A stretch of 64,000 bases of DNA from the NCBI GenBank assembly GCA_963700635.1, contig CAVOYH010000003.1, forward strand, positions 1,184,001-1,248,000, in the 5' to 3' direction. The notes beneath the pieces were generated by a model. It did not search any database. It worked only from the letters and a program-made list of their open reading frames with translations, and was not told where the DNA came from. A program made the position numbers and the translations under genes. Positions within the stretch are counted from its first letter, which is position 1; each line of letters starts with the position of its first letter. Of this stretch, positions 17,823 through 27,817 are shown piece by piece. This stretch comes from an uncultured Bacteroidota bacterium. Lineage in GTDB: Bacteria > Bacteroidota > Ignavibacteria > UBA10030 > UBA6906.

Positions 17823-18944
17823 ATGCGAGTTGCGTCCACACTTTTTTGTCTTACGATTGTGTATGCCCTGTCCGGGTTTTCCCAGCCGCATGCCCGATTT
17901 TCCCTTTCGTTGGATCTCAACGATGCTGCAGCGGAAAAGGCTGTGGAACTCTATGCAGGGCTCTCCGGCCGTCCCGCCGAAGTGGCTGCACTCCGGGGAA
18001 GCCAGCTTGCTCTGGCTGTCACGGGGATGCTTGCGCGGAAGCCCCTCCAGACCGCCGATCTCGAACGGAGTCTGGAGTCTGCCAAGTTTAACCAGAGTGA
18101 CGGGGACGATCTTTTCCGCATGCGTCACGCACGCGCCAATGTGACCGCCATCAGAGACCTGCTTCTGGAACTCCGCCGGCGTAACTTCGGACAACGGGTC
18201 GTGAGCACTGTTGAACAGCTGTTCCCACCGGATGCGCGTGTGAACGCCCGGATACCGATGTATGTCGTCGCCTTCGGGCATCAGAACATTGATGCATTTG
18301 TCGTGCGGGTGACGTGGAATGGCAACACACCACATCCTGCTGGTGAACTCGAGGGAGAACCGGTCATCGTTGTCAACCTGGCCAAAGCCGTACATTACGG
18401 ATCATCCGTTGATGAGCGGTTTATCGGGTTGCTGAGCGTGGTTGCACACGAGGTGTTTCACGCGGCGTTCGGAGAATTTAAAGCCAACACGCCCGAATGG
18501 CGGGCATATTATGCTTCTGCCCTCCAGCCGCTTGACGAGTTGCTGGATCTTGCGCAGAATGAGGGCGTTGCATACTATCTTTCCCTGATACAGCAGAATC
18601 AGGGACGTCTTCCCCATGACGGGTTGTCTCGTGCACAGACTGCGTTTACACAATTTAACAGTGCCGCCGCCGAACTTGTTTCTCCCCGGATCGGGCCCCA
18701 CCGTCAGGCCGAACTGCTCCGCACGTCGAATACATCAGGGTACTGGGAAAGTTTCGGGTCCATGACCGGAATGATCGTCGCCCGGCAGATTGATCAGACA
18801 CTTGGACGTGTCGCACTTGTCGGGACTCTTCGCGACGGGCCGAATGCTTTCTTCAAGACCTACATCCGCCTCATGAAACGGGATTCGGGTCTCCCGCAAC
18901 TTTCTCCTCTTGTTCAGCAAGAACTCTCCCGCCGCTCCCCGTAA
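17823..18944 (+). CDS. Exported zinc metallopeptidase-like protein (DUF5700-like)
   Basis: Signal peptide; AHEVFH plus downstream QNEGVAYY gluzincin-type motif. Confidence 0.7.
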   Translation: MRVASTLFCLTIVYALSGFSQPHARFSLSLDLNDAAAEKAVELYAGLSGRPAEVAALRGSQLALAVTGMLARKPLQTADLERSLESAKFNQSDGDDLFRMRHARANVTAIRDLLLELRRRNFGQRVVSTVEQLFPPDARVNARIPMYVVAFGHQNIDAFVVRVTWNGNTPHPAGELEGEPVIVVNLAKAVHYGSSVDERFIGLLSVVAHEVFHAAFGEFKANTPEWRAYYASALQPLDELLDLAQNEGVAYYLSLIQQNQGRLPHDGLSRAQTAFTQFNSAAAELVSPRIGPHRQAELLRTSNTSGYWESFGSMTGMIVARQIDQTLGRVALVGTLRDGPNAFFKTYIRLMKRDSGLPQLSPLVQQELSRRSP

Positions 18945-18957
18945 GCACCGCCTCTGG

Positions 18958-18986
18958 TTGAAGTTCCTGAAGAGTTTTGGTATCTT
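18958..18986 (+). promoter_or_regulatory. sigma70-type promoter of hutI-ftcD-cyclodeaminase
   Basis: TTGAAG-N17-TATCTT with TGn extension, 9 nt before the GTG start. Confidence 0.5.
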
Positions 18987-18995
18987 TCGGTCACT

Positions 18996-20243
18996 GTGAA
19001 CCTATTTGTCAAGAACATACGGCAACTTGTCACCGTTGCCGCCCATGGCAACCCGACGCGGTCTGCTCAGGAAATCCAGGACCTGGGGATCATCGAAGAT
19101 GCGGGTGTCCTCTGCCGGGAGGGCAAGGTCGCCTGGGTTGGACCGATGGCCTCTTTTGCCGGGCGGCTTCCGGACGATATACCCGAGCTGGATGCGTCCG
19201 GGGCAATCGTCGTACCCGGATTTGTCGATTCGCATACGCACATGATGTTTGCGGGAGACAGAGCGGAGGAGTTTGCTCTCCGTGCGCGTGGAACGTCGTA
19301 TCAGGAAATCGCCGAACAGGGTGGAGGCATCCTGCATACGGTACGCCATGTCCGCGCCGCCTCTAAAAAGGAGCTCAAACGATCGACCGCAGCATTCCTG
19401 TGGGAGATGATGAAACATGGAACGACGACGGTGGAGATCAAGACGGGGTATGGTCTTGACATGGACACCGAGATCAAGATGCTGGAAGCGATTCATGAGC
19501 TCAGCGAGGAGGAAATGGCGACGGTCGTTCCCACCTTCATCGGCGCTCATGCAGTCCCGCCAGAATTCAAGAAAGACGTCGAAGGGTATGTCCGGCTTGT
19601 CGTCGAAAGAATGATTCCCTATGCCGGAAAGAAACGCCTGGCGGTCTTCTGTGACGTGTTCTGTGAAAAGGGATACTTCACGCCCGAGCAGGCCGAGGAG
19701 GTCCTCGTTGCCGGGAAGTCCTGGGGAATGCTTCCCAAAATTCATGCGGAGGAGCTCACTTCGTTCGGGGGGGCTGAACTGGCAGCCAGACTTGGTGCCG
19801 TATCGGCAGACCATCTCGAGCATGTTACACCGGCGGGTATCAGGGCATTACGCGAGGGGAAAGTTGTTGCCGGACTGTTGCCCGGCGTGTCGTTTTTTCT
19901 GAACCACGGTTATGCCCCTGCGAGGGCGCTCATCGACGGTGGAGTGCCTGTAGCGCTCGCATCGGACTTCAACCCGGGTTCGTGTATGTCCTATTCGATG
20001 CCCCTGATGATGACCATTGCGTGCACCCAGATGAAGATGACTCCGGAAGAAGCACTTACGGCGGCCACACTGCATGGTGCGGCGGCCCTCAATCTTTCCG
20101 CCACCCACGGAAGCATCGAAGTGGGAAAACAGGCAGATCTCCTTGTCGCGGCGATTCCGGATTACCGGCATCTGATCTATCACTTTGGCGCCAACCATAT
20201 CCGTCACACCATTAAAAATGGAACCCTTCTTGAAATCCCGTAA
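18996..20243 (+). CDS. hutI: Imidazolonepropionase
   Basis: PGFVDSHTH, GGGILHTV, EIKTGYGL, DVFCEKG, KIHAEE, SADHLE, ASDFNPGS. Confidence 0.96.
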   Translation: MNLFVKNIRQLVTVAAHGNPTRSAQEIQDLGIIEDAGVLCREGKVAWVGPMASFAGRLPDDIPELDASGAIVVPGFVDSHTHMMFAGDRAEEFALRARGTSYQEIAEQGGGILHTVRHVRAASKKELKRSTAAFLWEMMKHGTTTVEIKTGYGLDMDTEIKMLEAIHELSEEEMATVVPTFIGAHAVPPEFKKDVEGYVRLVVERMIPYAGKKRLAVFCDVFCEKGYFTPEQAEEVLVAGKSWGMLPKIHAEELTSFGGAELAARLGAVSADHLEHVTPAGIRALREGKVVAGLLPGVSFFLNHGYAPARALIDGGVPVALASDFNPGSCMSYSMPLMMTIACTQMKMTPEEALTAATLHGAAALNLSATHGSIEVGKQADLLVAAIPDYRHLIYHFGANHIRHTIKNGTLLEIP

Positions 20244-20254
20244 CCGGAGAAATT

Positions 20255-21277
20255 ATGCCTGCTCTTGTTGAGTGTGTTCCGAATTTTAGCGAAGGCCGGG
20301 ATCTGAATGTTATCAGTGCGATAGGAGAGGCAATTCGCACCGTGAAGGGGGTGACTCTGTTGAGTGCGGAACCGGACAAGGACTACAACCGCACGGTTAT
20401 CACGCTTCTGGGCACGCCGCAGGCGGCTGGCGAAGCGGCCTATGCAGCTACCCGGACCGCCGCCCGATTGATTGACATGCGCCATCACCACGGAGAACAT
20501 CCCCGTATCGGTGCAACGGATGTTGTCCCATTTGTACCCGTCTCGGGGGTGACCATGGACGAATGCGTTCAGCTGGCACGTCATTTTGGCCGCCGTGTTG
20601 GCGAGGAGCTGCGGATACCTGTCTATCTGTATGAAGAAGCGGCGACCCGTCCGGAACGGAGAAATCTTGCCACCGTTCGGAAGGGTGAATATGAAGGACT
20701 TGCCGAAAAGCTGCAGGACCCGGCCTGGATTCCGGATTTTGGTCCTGCCGTGATGAATGAAAAGTCGGGCGCGACCGTCACGGGCGCGCGGCTCTTCCTC
20801 GTTGCATACAATGTAAATCTGAATACCAACGATCCGAAAATCGCCCAGGAAATCGCCCTCCGTATCCGGGAGAGCGGCCGCGTTAAAAAAGACGATGACG
20901 GTAATCCGGTACTTGATTCCAAGGGCCGGAAGATCACCGTGTCCGGAACACTCAAAGCAGTGAAGGCAATGGGAGTGCTCCTCGAGGCTCACCAAATCGC
21001 TCAGGTGTCGATAAATCTTGTAGATTTCCAGGTGACACCTCCCCATGTAGCTTTTGAAGAAGTTAAACGGCAGGCATTAACACTTGGCGTGGAAGTGACG
21101 GGAAGCGAAATCATCGGGCTCACTCCACGTGAAGCGCTCCTTATGGCCGGCAGATACTATGCGCCAGCAGTGACCGACGACCGGGCATTAGTGGCTGTCG
21201 CCGTTGAACGGCTCGGCCTGAGCCAGCTTGAGCTTTTTGATCCCGCAAAAAAAGTTATCGAGTATCAACTTTCTTGA
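20255..21277 (+). CDS. ftcD: Glutamate formimidoyltransferase
   Basis: ECVPNFSEGR, DYNRTV, HHGEHPRIGATDVVPF, GARLFLVAYNVNL, AQVSINL. Confidence 0.94.
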   Translation: MPALVECVPNFSEGRDLNVISAIGEAIRTVKGVTLLSAEPDKDYNRTVITLLGTPQAAGEAAYAATRTAARLIDMRHHHGEHPRIGATDVVPFVPVSGVTMDECVQLARHFGRRVGEELRIPVYLYEEAATRPERRNLATVRKGEYEGLAEKLQDPAWIPDFGPAVMNEKSGATVTGARLFLVAYNVNLNTNDPKIAQEIALRIRESGRVKKDDDGNPVLDSKGRKITVSGTLKAVKAMGVLLEAHQIAQVSINLVDFQVTPPHVAFEEVKRQALTLGVEVTGSEIIGLTPREALLMAGRYYAPAVTDDRALVAVAVERLGLSQLELFDPAKKVIEYQLS

Positions 21278-21297
21278 CGGAAGGAAGTGGTAGACCC

Positions 21298-21924
21298 ATG
21301 CCCAAACCCCTGCACGCATTTCTTGATGAAGTCGCCTCGTCGTCTCCGGCACCGGGAGGAGGAAGTGTTGCGGCACTCTCCGGAGCGCTTGGATCGGCCC
21401 TTACGTCCATGGTGTGCAATCTGACCATCGGCAAGAAGAAATATGCGGATGTGGAAAGTGAACTGAAGAAAGTGCTTTCACAGGCCGAGCACCTTCGTAA
21501 GCAGTTTACCGAACTGGTGGACCGGGACACTCACGCCTTCAATAAGGTCATGGAGGCCATAACCCTTCCGAAAGACACCGATCCCCAGAAGGCACTCCGT
21601 GCTGCGGCGATCCGCGAAGCGACAAAAGAGGCAACACTCGTTCCGCTGGAGGTAATGAAGCATTGCATCGATGCGCTCGCGCTGGCGCAAACAGTGGCAA
21701 CGAAAGGCAATGTCAATTCAGTGAGTGATGTCGGGGTCAGTGCGTTGATGCTGCACGCGGCAGTCGAAGGTGCGGCACTGAACGTCCGGATCAACTTGAA
21801 CAGTCTGGATGATCCGGAGTTCGTCGGGTGGAAGGAAGATGAAGTGCAGTCTCTTCGTTCAACCAGTGCGTTGATGCTCGAAGAGATCCAGGCGATTGTG
21901 GAAGAACATCTGCAGAAAAAGTAA
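21298..21924 (+). CDS. Formimidoyltetrahydrofolate cyclodeaminase
   Basis: SSPAPGGGSVAAL, MVCNLTIGKKKY, GNVNSVSD, LNVRINL. Confidence 0.92.
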   Translation: MPKPLHAFLDEVASSSPAPGGGSVAALSGALGSALTSMVCNLTIGKKKYADVESELKKVLSQAEHLRKQFTELVDRDTHAFNKVMEAITLPKDTDPQKALRAAAIREATKEATLVPLEVMKHCIDALALAQTVATKGNVNSVSDVGVSALMLHAAVEGAALNVRINLNSLDDPEFVGWKEDEVQSLRSTSALMLEEIQAIVEEHLQKK

Positions 21925-22683
21925 CTACATCAACACCCGGACGGCAGCTGCGATGGCTGCCGTCTCACTCCGCAACCTGCGGGTCCCCAGGGAGACGGCA
22001 CAGTAGCCGTGTTCCGCCGCCAGCGATACCTCCGCCCCGGTGAAGCCACCCTCCGGACCGATCATAAGACTGTGCATCTGCTGCGGATTGTCCGTATTGC
22101 CGGGTGGCATTTCTTCTGTCGCTTCTTCGTGGAGGATCCATCGACGATCCCCGTGGAGTGTGCTCTCCTGGAGATATGCAGCGATTGGCATAGGCGCATG
22201 GATATGCGGAATGATGGAGCGACCGCACTGTTTGGCTGCGGCCAGGGCCAGTTTCTGCCATCGTTCCGTGCGTGCGTGACGTGGAATCGTTCGTTCGGTA
22301 AAGAGGGGAACTACTGACCGAATCCCTACCTCCGTGACTTTTTCGATCAACGTGTCAAAACGTGAGGGGTTCTTCAATATGGCTGCGGCCAGGATGACCG
22401 GAGTGGAGTGTTCGTGGAGCAGGGGATGTGTGGACCGGATCGACCCGATTGCGCGGTCCTTTTGTACAACGGTGATTCCCACAACGTATGCCATTCCCTG
22501 CCCGTCGATCACACCGACAACGTCTCCCTCCCGTCTGCGCATGACATGCGTCAGATGGGCGAATTCGTCTCCGTCAATATACACGGTGTCCGCCGTAACC
22601 GCCGAAGGAGGCGCATAGAAATATTCCAGCCCGTGCGGTGGTTGGATGGGAGCAGGGTTGTCAGAATGGGGTGCGGAAATCAA
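21925..22683 (-). CDS. rsmE: 16S rRNA m3U1498 methyltransferase
   Basis: HLTHVMR, EKVTEVG, AAKQCGR, IGPEGGF, LGTRRLRSETA. Start codon uncertain. Confidence 0.93.
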   Translation of the reverse strand: MISAPHSDNPAPIQPPHGLEYFYAPPSAVTADTVYIDGDEFAHLTHVMRRREGDVVGVIDGQGMAYVVGITVVQKDRAIGSIRSTHPLLHEHSTPVILAAAILKNPSRFDTLIEKVTEVGIRSVVPLFTERTIPRHARTERWQKLALAAAKQCGRSIIPHIHAPMPIAAYLQESTLHGDRRWILHEEATEEMPPGNTDNPQQMHSLMIGPEGGFTGAEVSLAAEHGYCAVSLGTRRLRSETAAIAAAVRVLM

Positions 22684-24013
22684 GTATAAACTCGCCTTTG
22701 CCGTAGTTGTTCAACGCGTATTCCGTTCGCGCCACGATTCCGTATGGAAGAAGAAACCGGATACCGCCACCGTATCCGGAGAAGAAGGTGCTGAAAGTGA
22801 GCGGGTCATGCCGGAACCAGGTGGTTCCCGCGTCGGCAAAAAGGGCGAGACTGATGCCAAACTGCCACATCGTGAACTCTTCCGGAAGCAGATCCGTGGG
22901 TAACCTGAATGCCCGGGTCGGGAGGAGCGAAAAACGGAGCTCCATGCTTGACGCGAGCAGGTTTTCTCCCTCCAGAACAGTCCTGAAGTATCCGCGAATT
23001 CGTTCCCCGTACCCGAAATACGTCCGTGCATAGGTGGGCACCACACCGCCTGAGACCACACTTCCGGTGACCCTTCCCGCGAGAGTGAACAGTGAACTGA
23101 ACGGGAGGTACCCGCGCAGATCCAGTCCGAGCCGGGCGAAGTTAACATCAGAAGTACCCAAACCATACTTGGTGAGAGACACTCCAACAAGTCTTCCGCG
23201 GGAAGCGTATTCGCGCAAATCACGTGAATCAAAGAGGTAGCTTGCGGTGACGGAAAAGAAACGGTCGATACCGCTGCCGGACACGGTTCGCAGGGGCCGG
23301 TAGGAGGACACTTCCAGAACCTGGTAGCTGAGACTCAGGTTAACGCTTTCGAAAATGGTAAACCGCTTTCCAACACCCGCCCTGAAGTCGTATTGCAGCT
23401 CATTGAAGTTCCCGGTTGCCTCCGCCTCGATCTCACTTTTGTTTCGCGCCCGGCTGAAGGATGCTGAGGTGGAGAACGAGAGCCGGTGCTTGGTGTCTAT
23501 GAGAGGCTCGCTGAAAGATATGCGTGCTGACGGATCATAACCAAAGATGAAAGACGTAAACAGTTTCTGGTTACGTCCCTGAAAGTTGTTATGGAGAAAT
23601 CCGGCGCCATAATAAACCCTCTTCGGGTCGCCGTCCCGGAAACCGAAAAGCGGAACAGGGAAATAATGCCAGCGTTCACGCACGGAGACCTGGAGGATCC
23701 GATCGTGTGCGAGTGTATCAAGGGAAAGGTCGACGAACGTAAAAAGACCCAGGCTGTATACCCGGGCGCGATCGTATTGCAGGAGATAGGGCGTGATGGG
23801 AATTCCCGGACGGATCGTCATCTCATTCAGGATAACATATTCCTTGGTGGAGGTATTCCCGGAGACGACCACCGAGTCGACTGTTCCCAGGCTCTGAAAA
23901 AACCTCTCTGGATCATCCTGTGCCCTGACGGATGTGCCGAGGAGTATACCTCCCAGCACGACACCACAATAAAGCAGCCACCGGCTGAAGTCGGATCGGA
24001 TTGTTGCGACCAT
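22661..24013 (-). CDS. Omp85/BamA-TamA-family outer-membrane protein with one POTRA domain
   Basis: Signal peptide; POTRA (GNTSTKEYVILNE...YSLGLF...VRERW); NFQGRNQKL; IRGY lid motif; FADAG. Confidence 0.8.
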   Translation of the reverse strand: MVATIRSDFSRWLLYCGVVLGGILLGTSVRAQDDPERFFQSLGTVDSVVVSGNTSTKEYVILNEMTIRPGIPITPYLLQYDRARVYSLGLFTFVDLSLDTLAHDRILQVSVRERWHYFPVPLFGFRDGDPKRVYYGAGFLHNNFQGRNQKLFTSFIFGYDPSARISFSEPLIDTKHRLSFSTSASFSRARNKSEIEAEATGNFNELQYDFRAGVGKRFTIFESVNLSLSYQVLEVSSYRPLRTVSGSGIDRFFSVTASYLFDSRDLREYASRGRLVGVSLTKYGLGTSDVNFARLGLDLRGYLPFSSLFTLAGRVTGSVVSGGVVPTYARTYFGYGERIRGYFRTVLEGENLLASSMELRFSLLPTRAFRLPTDLLPEEFTMWQFGISLALFADAGTTWFRHDPLTFSTFFSGYGGGIRFLLPYGIVARTEYALNNYGKGEFILDFRTPF

Positions 24014-24023
24014 GCGTACGGGT

Positions 24024-24803
24024 CTATAAGTCGAGTTCGGCGAGCGCCTGATTGGCCGCAGCTTGCTCGGCTTCCTTTTTGTTTTTGCCTGATCCGGTTC
24101 CCCGCCGCTCGTTCCGGAGAAACACTTCGACGGTAAACGTGCGGTCGTGGTCCGGCCCGTCTTCCTTCATGATCACATAACGCGGAACGCCGAACCCATG
24201 GGATTGGGCGTATTCCAGGAGTCGGCTCTTGTAGTTCTCATCGGCTGTGGCCACCGAACCGCGGTAGAGCGCAGCAATCACCTGCCGCTCGACAAACTCT
24301 CGAGCTGCATTGAACCCGCTGTCAAGATAAATAGCCGCCACAAGGGCTTCGAACGTATCCGAGACAATGGTGTCGTATCCCTTGCCCACGGACTGCGCTG
24401 CGCTGGGGCTCATCAGGATGAAGGTGGAAAGCTGGAGCTCCCGTCCGTACGCGGCAAGGGCTTTGCGGTTGACCAGGCGCGACCGGTATTTTGTCAGATC
24501 ACCCTCGGGAGCACGGGGATACTTGCGATAGAGGTACTCGCCCACAATGAGGTTCAGCACTGAATCGCCAAGGAATTCGAGTCGTTCGTTCGAAGGGGAT
24601 GGCAGATCCGCCTGCTGGGGGAAGGAGCGGTGCAGGAGCGCCTGGACAAAAAGCTCTTTCCGGCGGACGCGGTAGTTGAGAGTCCGCTCCAGTTTTCGGA
24701 GTGTACAATCATCAATGGACGCCGGATGGTCATTGATAACCTCCGGGTTCGTGGTGCGGGAGCGGCTAAACAGATCCCGTATAAACCGTCCGGCACGCAG
24801 CAT
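24024..24803 (-). CDS. rnc: Ribonuclease III
   Basis: ALLHRS, NERLEFLGDSVL, DTFEALVAAIYLDSG, dsRBD NYKSRL...KKEAEQAAA. Confidence 0.97.
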   Translation of the reverse strand: MLRAGRFIRDLFSRSRTTNPEVINDHPASIDDCTLRKLERTLNYRVRRKELFVQALLHRSFPQQADLPSPSNERLEFLGDSVLNLIVGEYLYRKYPRAPEGDLTKYRSRLVNRKALAAYGRELQLSTFILMSPSAAQSVGKGYDTIVSDTFEALVAAIYLDSGFNAAREFVERQVIAALYRGSVATADENYKSRLLEYAQSHGFGVPRYVIMKEDGPDHDRTFTVEVFLRNERRGTGSGKNKKEAEQAAANQALAELDL

Positions 24804-24811
24804 TCCAGGGA

Positions 24812-26062
24812 TCAGTCCATTGTGTACTTCTTGAATAACAGGGTAGCATTATGTCCGCCAAAGCCGAAGGTATTGCTCAGAGCATAACGGATATCCCGTT
24901 TCACCGGGGTGTTCGGCGTATAGTTGAGATCACATGCCGGATCCGGGAACTCGTAGTTGATCGTCGGCGGGACGATGGCGTACTTCACGGCGAGAATGGC
25001 GGCAATAGCCTCGACTGCTCCGGCGGCTCCGAGGAGATGGCCGGTCATCGATTTTGTGGAGCTGATACTCATCCGCCACGCATGATCGCCGAAGGTCGTC
25101 TTGATCGCTGCGGTTTCGCTTGCATCATTGAGCGGTGTTGATGTGCCGTGCGCATTGACGTAGTCAACGAAGTCCGGGGTGATGCCGGCATCCTTGATTG
25201 CGCGCCGCATGGACCGGACCGCGCCTTCGCCCCCTTCGGGAGGTGCGGTGATATGATGGGCATCTGCGGTGAATCCGATACCGACCATTTCGCAATAGAT
25301 CTTCGCACCCCTTTTTTTGGCGAATTCGAGTTCTTCCAGGATAAGCGCTCCGCCTCCTTCGCCCATCACAAAGCCGTCCCGCTGGAGGTCAAAAGGACGG
25401 CTGGCCTTCGCCGGGTCATCATTGCGTGCCGAGATAGCTCTCATGTTGTTAAAACCGCCAAGGCCCATGGGGGTAATCGGGGCTTCCGATCCTCCGCACA
25501 CCATCGCATCCGCATCGCCGTATTGTACGATCCGGTAGGCATCCCCGATAGCATGGGATGCCGTGGCACACGCCGAGACGGTGGCATAGTTCGGACCCTT
25601 GAAGCCATGTCTTATGGAGATGTTGCCGGCGGCGATATCCGGGATGAGCATGGGGATGAAGAACGGACTGATGCGCCGTGGTCCACCCTCCATGTAGTTC
25701 GTAAACTGTGCGTCGTAGGTGGTCATGCCCCCAATGCCCGAACCAAAGACCACGCCAATGCGGTCGGGGTCTGTATCCTTTGCCAGAAGGCCCGCGTCGC
25801 GAACCGCCATATCAGAAGAGATCACCGCATACTGTGAGAATGGATCCATCCGTTGCACTGCTTTTCGGTCAAGGAAATCATTGGCCTTGAATCCCTTCAG
25901 CTCGCATCCGAAATGGGTGTCATATGCACTTGTATCAAAATACGTGATGGGTGCGGCGCCGCTGGCGCCGCGCATCATCGCATCCCAATACTCCTCCGCG
26001 TTGAGTCCGATAGGCGTCAACGCGCCCATTCCCGTAACAACAACTCTGCGTTTACCATTCAT
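24812..26062 (-). CDS. fabF: 3-oxoacyl-ACP synthase II
   Basis: [40 protein letters not shown]. Confidence 0.97.
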   Translation of the reverse strand: MNGKRRVVVTGMGALTPIGLNAEEYWDAMMRGASGAAPITYFDTSAYDTHFGCELKGFKANDFLDRKAVQRMDPFSQYAVISSDMAVRDAGLLAKDTDPDRIGVVFGSGIGGMTTYDAQFTNYMEGGPRRISPFFIPMLIPDIAAGNISIRHGFKGPNYATVSACATASHAIGDAYRIVQYGDADAMVCGGSEAPITPMGLGGFNNMRAISARNDDPAKASRPFDLQRDGFVMGEGGGALILEELEFAKKRGAKIYCEMVGIGFTADAHHITAPPEGGEGAVRSMRRAIKDAGITPDFVDYVNAHGTSTPLNDASETAAIKTTFGDHAWRMSISSTKSMTGHLLGAAGAVEAIAAILAVKYAIVPPTINYEFPDPACDLNYTPNTPVKRDIRYALSNTFGFGGHNATLLFKKYTMD

Positions 26063-26125
26063 AATCACTCTCTGATTTCATCGCGATTCATCACATCCCG
26101 GCCGCAATGGGGTGGGACTGCTGGA

Positions 26126-26362
26126 TCAAGCGGATTTGCCCTGAATATATTTGATGGCATCCCCGACGGTGGCAATTTTTTCCGCGTCTTCATCGGGAAT
26201 CTGGAGGTTGAACGCCTTCTCGAACTCCATCACAAGTTCAACCGTATCGAGAGAATCGGCGCCCAGGTCATTCGTGAATGACGCCTCGGGGGTGACCTGT
26301 CCGTCATCCACGCCGAGTTTATTGACGATGATTTCTTTGACTTTTGCAGCAATATCTGCCAT
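26126..26362 (-). CDS. acpP: Acyl carrier protein
   Basis: [17 protein letters not shown]. Confidence 0.98.
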   Translation of the reverse strand: MADIAAKVKEIIVNKLGVDDGQVTPEASFTNDLGADSLDTVELVMEFEKAFNLQIPDEDAEKIATVGDAIKYIQGKSA

Positions 26363-26425
26363 GATGCAACCTCCTGTGTGATTGTGGGATTACAGCAACA
26401 TTAATGATACTCGGGCGGCGGGTGA

Positions 26426-27172
26426 TTACATCGTCATCCCGCCGTCAATTGCAAGAACCTGTCCGGTGATATAATCGGCCCGTGAGGAAGCCAGAAACGT
26501 GACGACGCCGGCAACCTCTTCCGGTTTGCATCCGCGGCGCAACGGGATGACGCTCAGAAAGGCCGTACGCTGATCTTCCGTGAGCACCGCGGTCATTTCC
26601 GTTTCAACGAATCCCGGGGCAATAGCATTTACCGTGATGTTGCGGGCGGCCAGTTCTTTCGCCGCTGATTTTGTAAGACCGATCAAACCTGCCTTGGATG
26701 CCGCATAATTGCTCTGCCCCACATTGCCCATAAGTCCGACCACCGAACTCACGTTGATGATTTTTCCCTTGCGCTGCCGCATCATAATCCTGCTTACGGC
26801 CCGCGTCGTGATGAAGGAGCCTTTTAGATTTACTGTCAGGACTGCATCCCATTCTTCATCCGACATACGTACCAGCAGCTTGTCACGTGTTATGCCGGCA
26901 TTGTTCACCAGCACATCAATCCGGCCCAGCTCGGCAACCACCTCATCACATGCCTTTTCTGTAGCAGGGGTGTTTGTAATGTCCACGGCCTTTGATACCA
27001 CCGTACATCCCGAACTCTTGAGGCTATCGACAAAACCCTGAAAATCATCAGGGAAGGCCCTATCGAAGATCGCTACATGGGCGCCTTCTTCCACAAACGC
27101 CCGGGCAATAGCCCGCCCGATACCGCGGCCTCCGCCGGTTACAACGGCAACCTGATCTCGAAGCTGGTCCAT
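26426..27172 (-). CDS. fabG: 3-oxoacyl-ACP reductase
   Basis: TGGGRGIG, NNAGITRD, NYAASKAG. ATG 27172 has SD GGAG. Confidence 0.95.
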   Translation of the reverse strand: MDQLRDQVAVVTGGGRGIGRAIARAFVEEGAHVAIFDRAFPDDFQGFVDSLKSSGCTVVSKAVDITNTPATEKACDEVVAELGRIDVLVNNAGITRDKLLVRMSDEEWDAVLTVNLKGSFITTRAVSRIMMRQRKGKIINVSSVVGLMGNVGQSNYAASKAGLIGLTKSAAKELAARNITVNAIAPGFVETEMTAVLTEDQRTAFLSVIPLRRGCKPEEVAGVVTFLASSRADYITGQVLAIDGGMTM

Positions 27173-27208
27173 ACTTCTCCAGTTGTCTTTTTGGTCCAAA
27201 GCTGAACG

Positions 27209-27817
27209 TTAATGAGTAATATTACCAGAACCAAGTTCTTTTTCAAGACCCTGGTAGTGCTCTTCCAGAATGGCATATCCATCTTCGCCGATCAGGTGAA
27301 CAAGTTCGGCCCGGCATGCCCGGAACAGGGGAACTTCATATTCCGGCTTGATCGAGCAACATCGTTGTTCTCCCTGGAGCATCGGATCAAACCCGACAAC
27401 CCCATCGGAAATTTCGATGGGGAAGAGGATACAGTACATGGGCTTCCAGGCCCAGCGGTCGAGCCCCGCTTCAACGGCGGCCAGTTGAATTGCACATCTG
27501 CCCATTTTGTCAAGAAACACACACTTGTTCTCATGGACCTGCGTGCCGATGGCCCGTCCGGAAGGAAAATCAGCGTCATCGTGTTCGTCATCTGCGAACC
27601 AGACGGAGACATCACGGGTTTGTGTTTCATCCATTTGACCGGCGATTGCGTCCCTGTGTGCCAGGATCGTGTCCCGCTCGTTAATGTCAATGTATACACC
27701 GCTTGTGCAGCATTCGGATGTGCATGAGCACGGGCTATGGCCTGCCGGAAACCCGCTTTCAAACATTTCGCTGGAGAACGTGAGGGGCCCGATCTGCACG
27801 GTAGACTGTTCGCTCAC
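27209..27817 (-). CDS. DUF3109-like cysteine-rich (putative Fe-S/Zn) protein
   Basis: CSCTSECCTSG, CVFL, CAIQ, WKPMYCILFPI, CC. The GTG start overlaps the fabD stop (GTGA). Confidence 0.75.
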   Translation of the reverse strand: MSEQSTVQIGPLTFSSEMFESGFPAGHSPCSCTSECCTSGVYIDINERDTILAHRDAIAGQMDETQTRDVSVWFADDEHDDADFPSGRAIGTQVHENKCVFLDKMGRCAIQLAAVEAGLDRWAWKPMYCILFPIEISDGVVGFDPMLQGEQRCCSIKPEYEVPLFRACRAELVHLIGEDGYAILEEHYQGLEKELGSGNITH

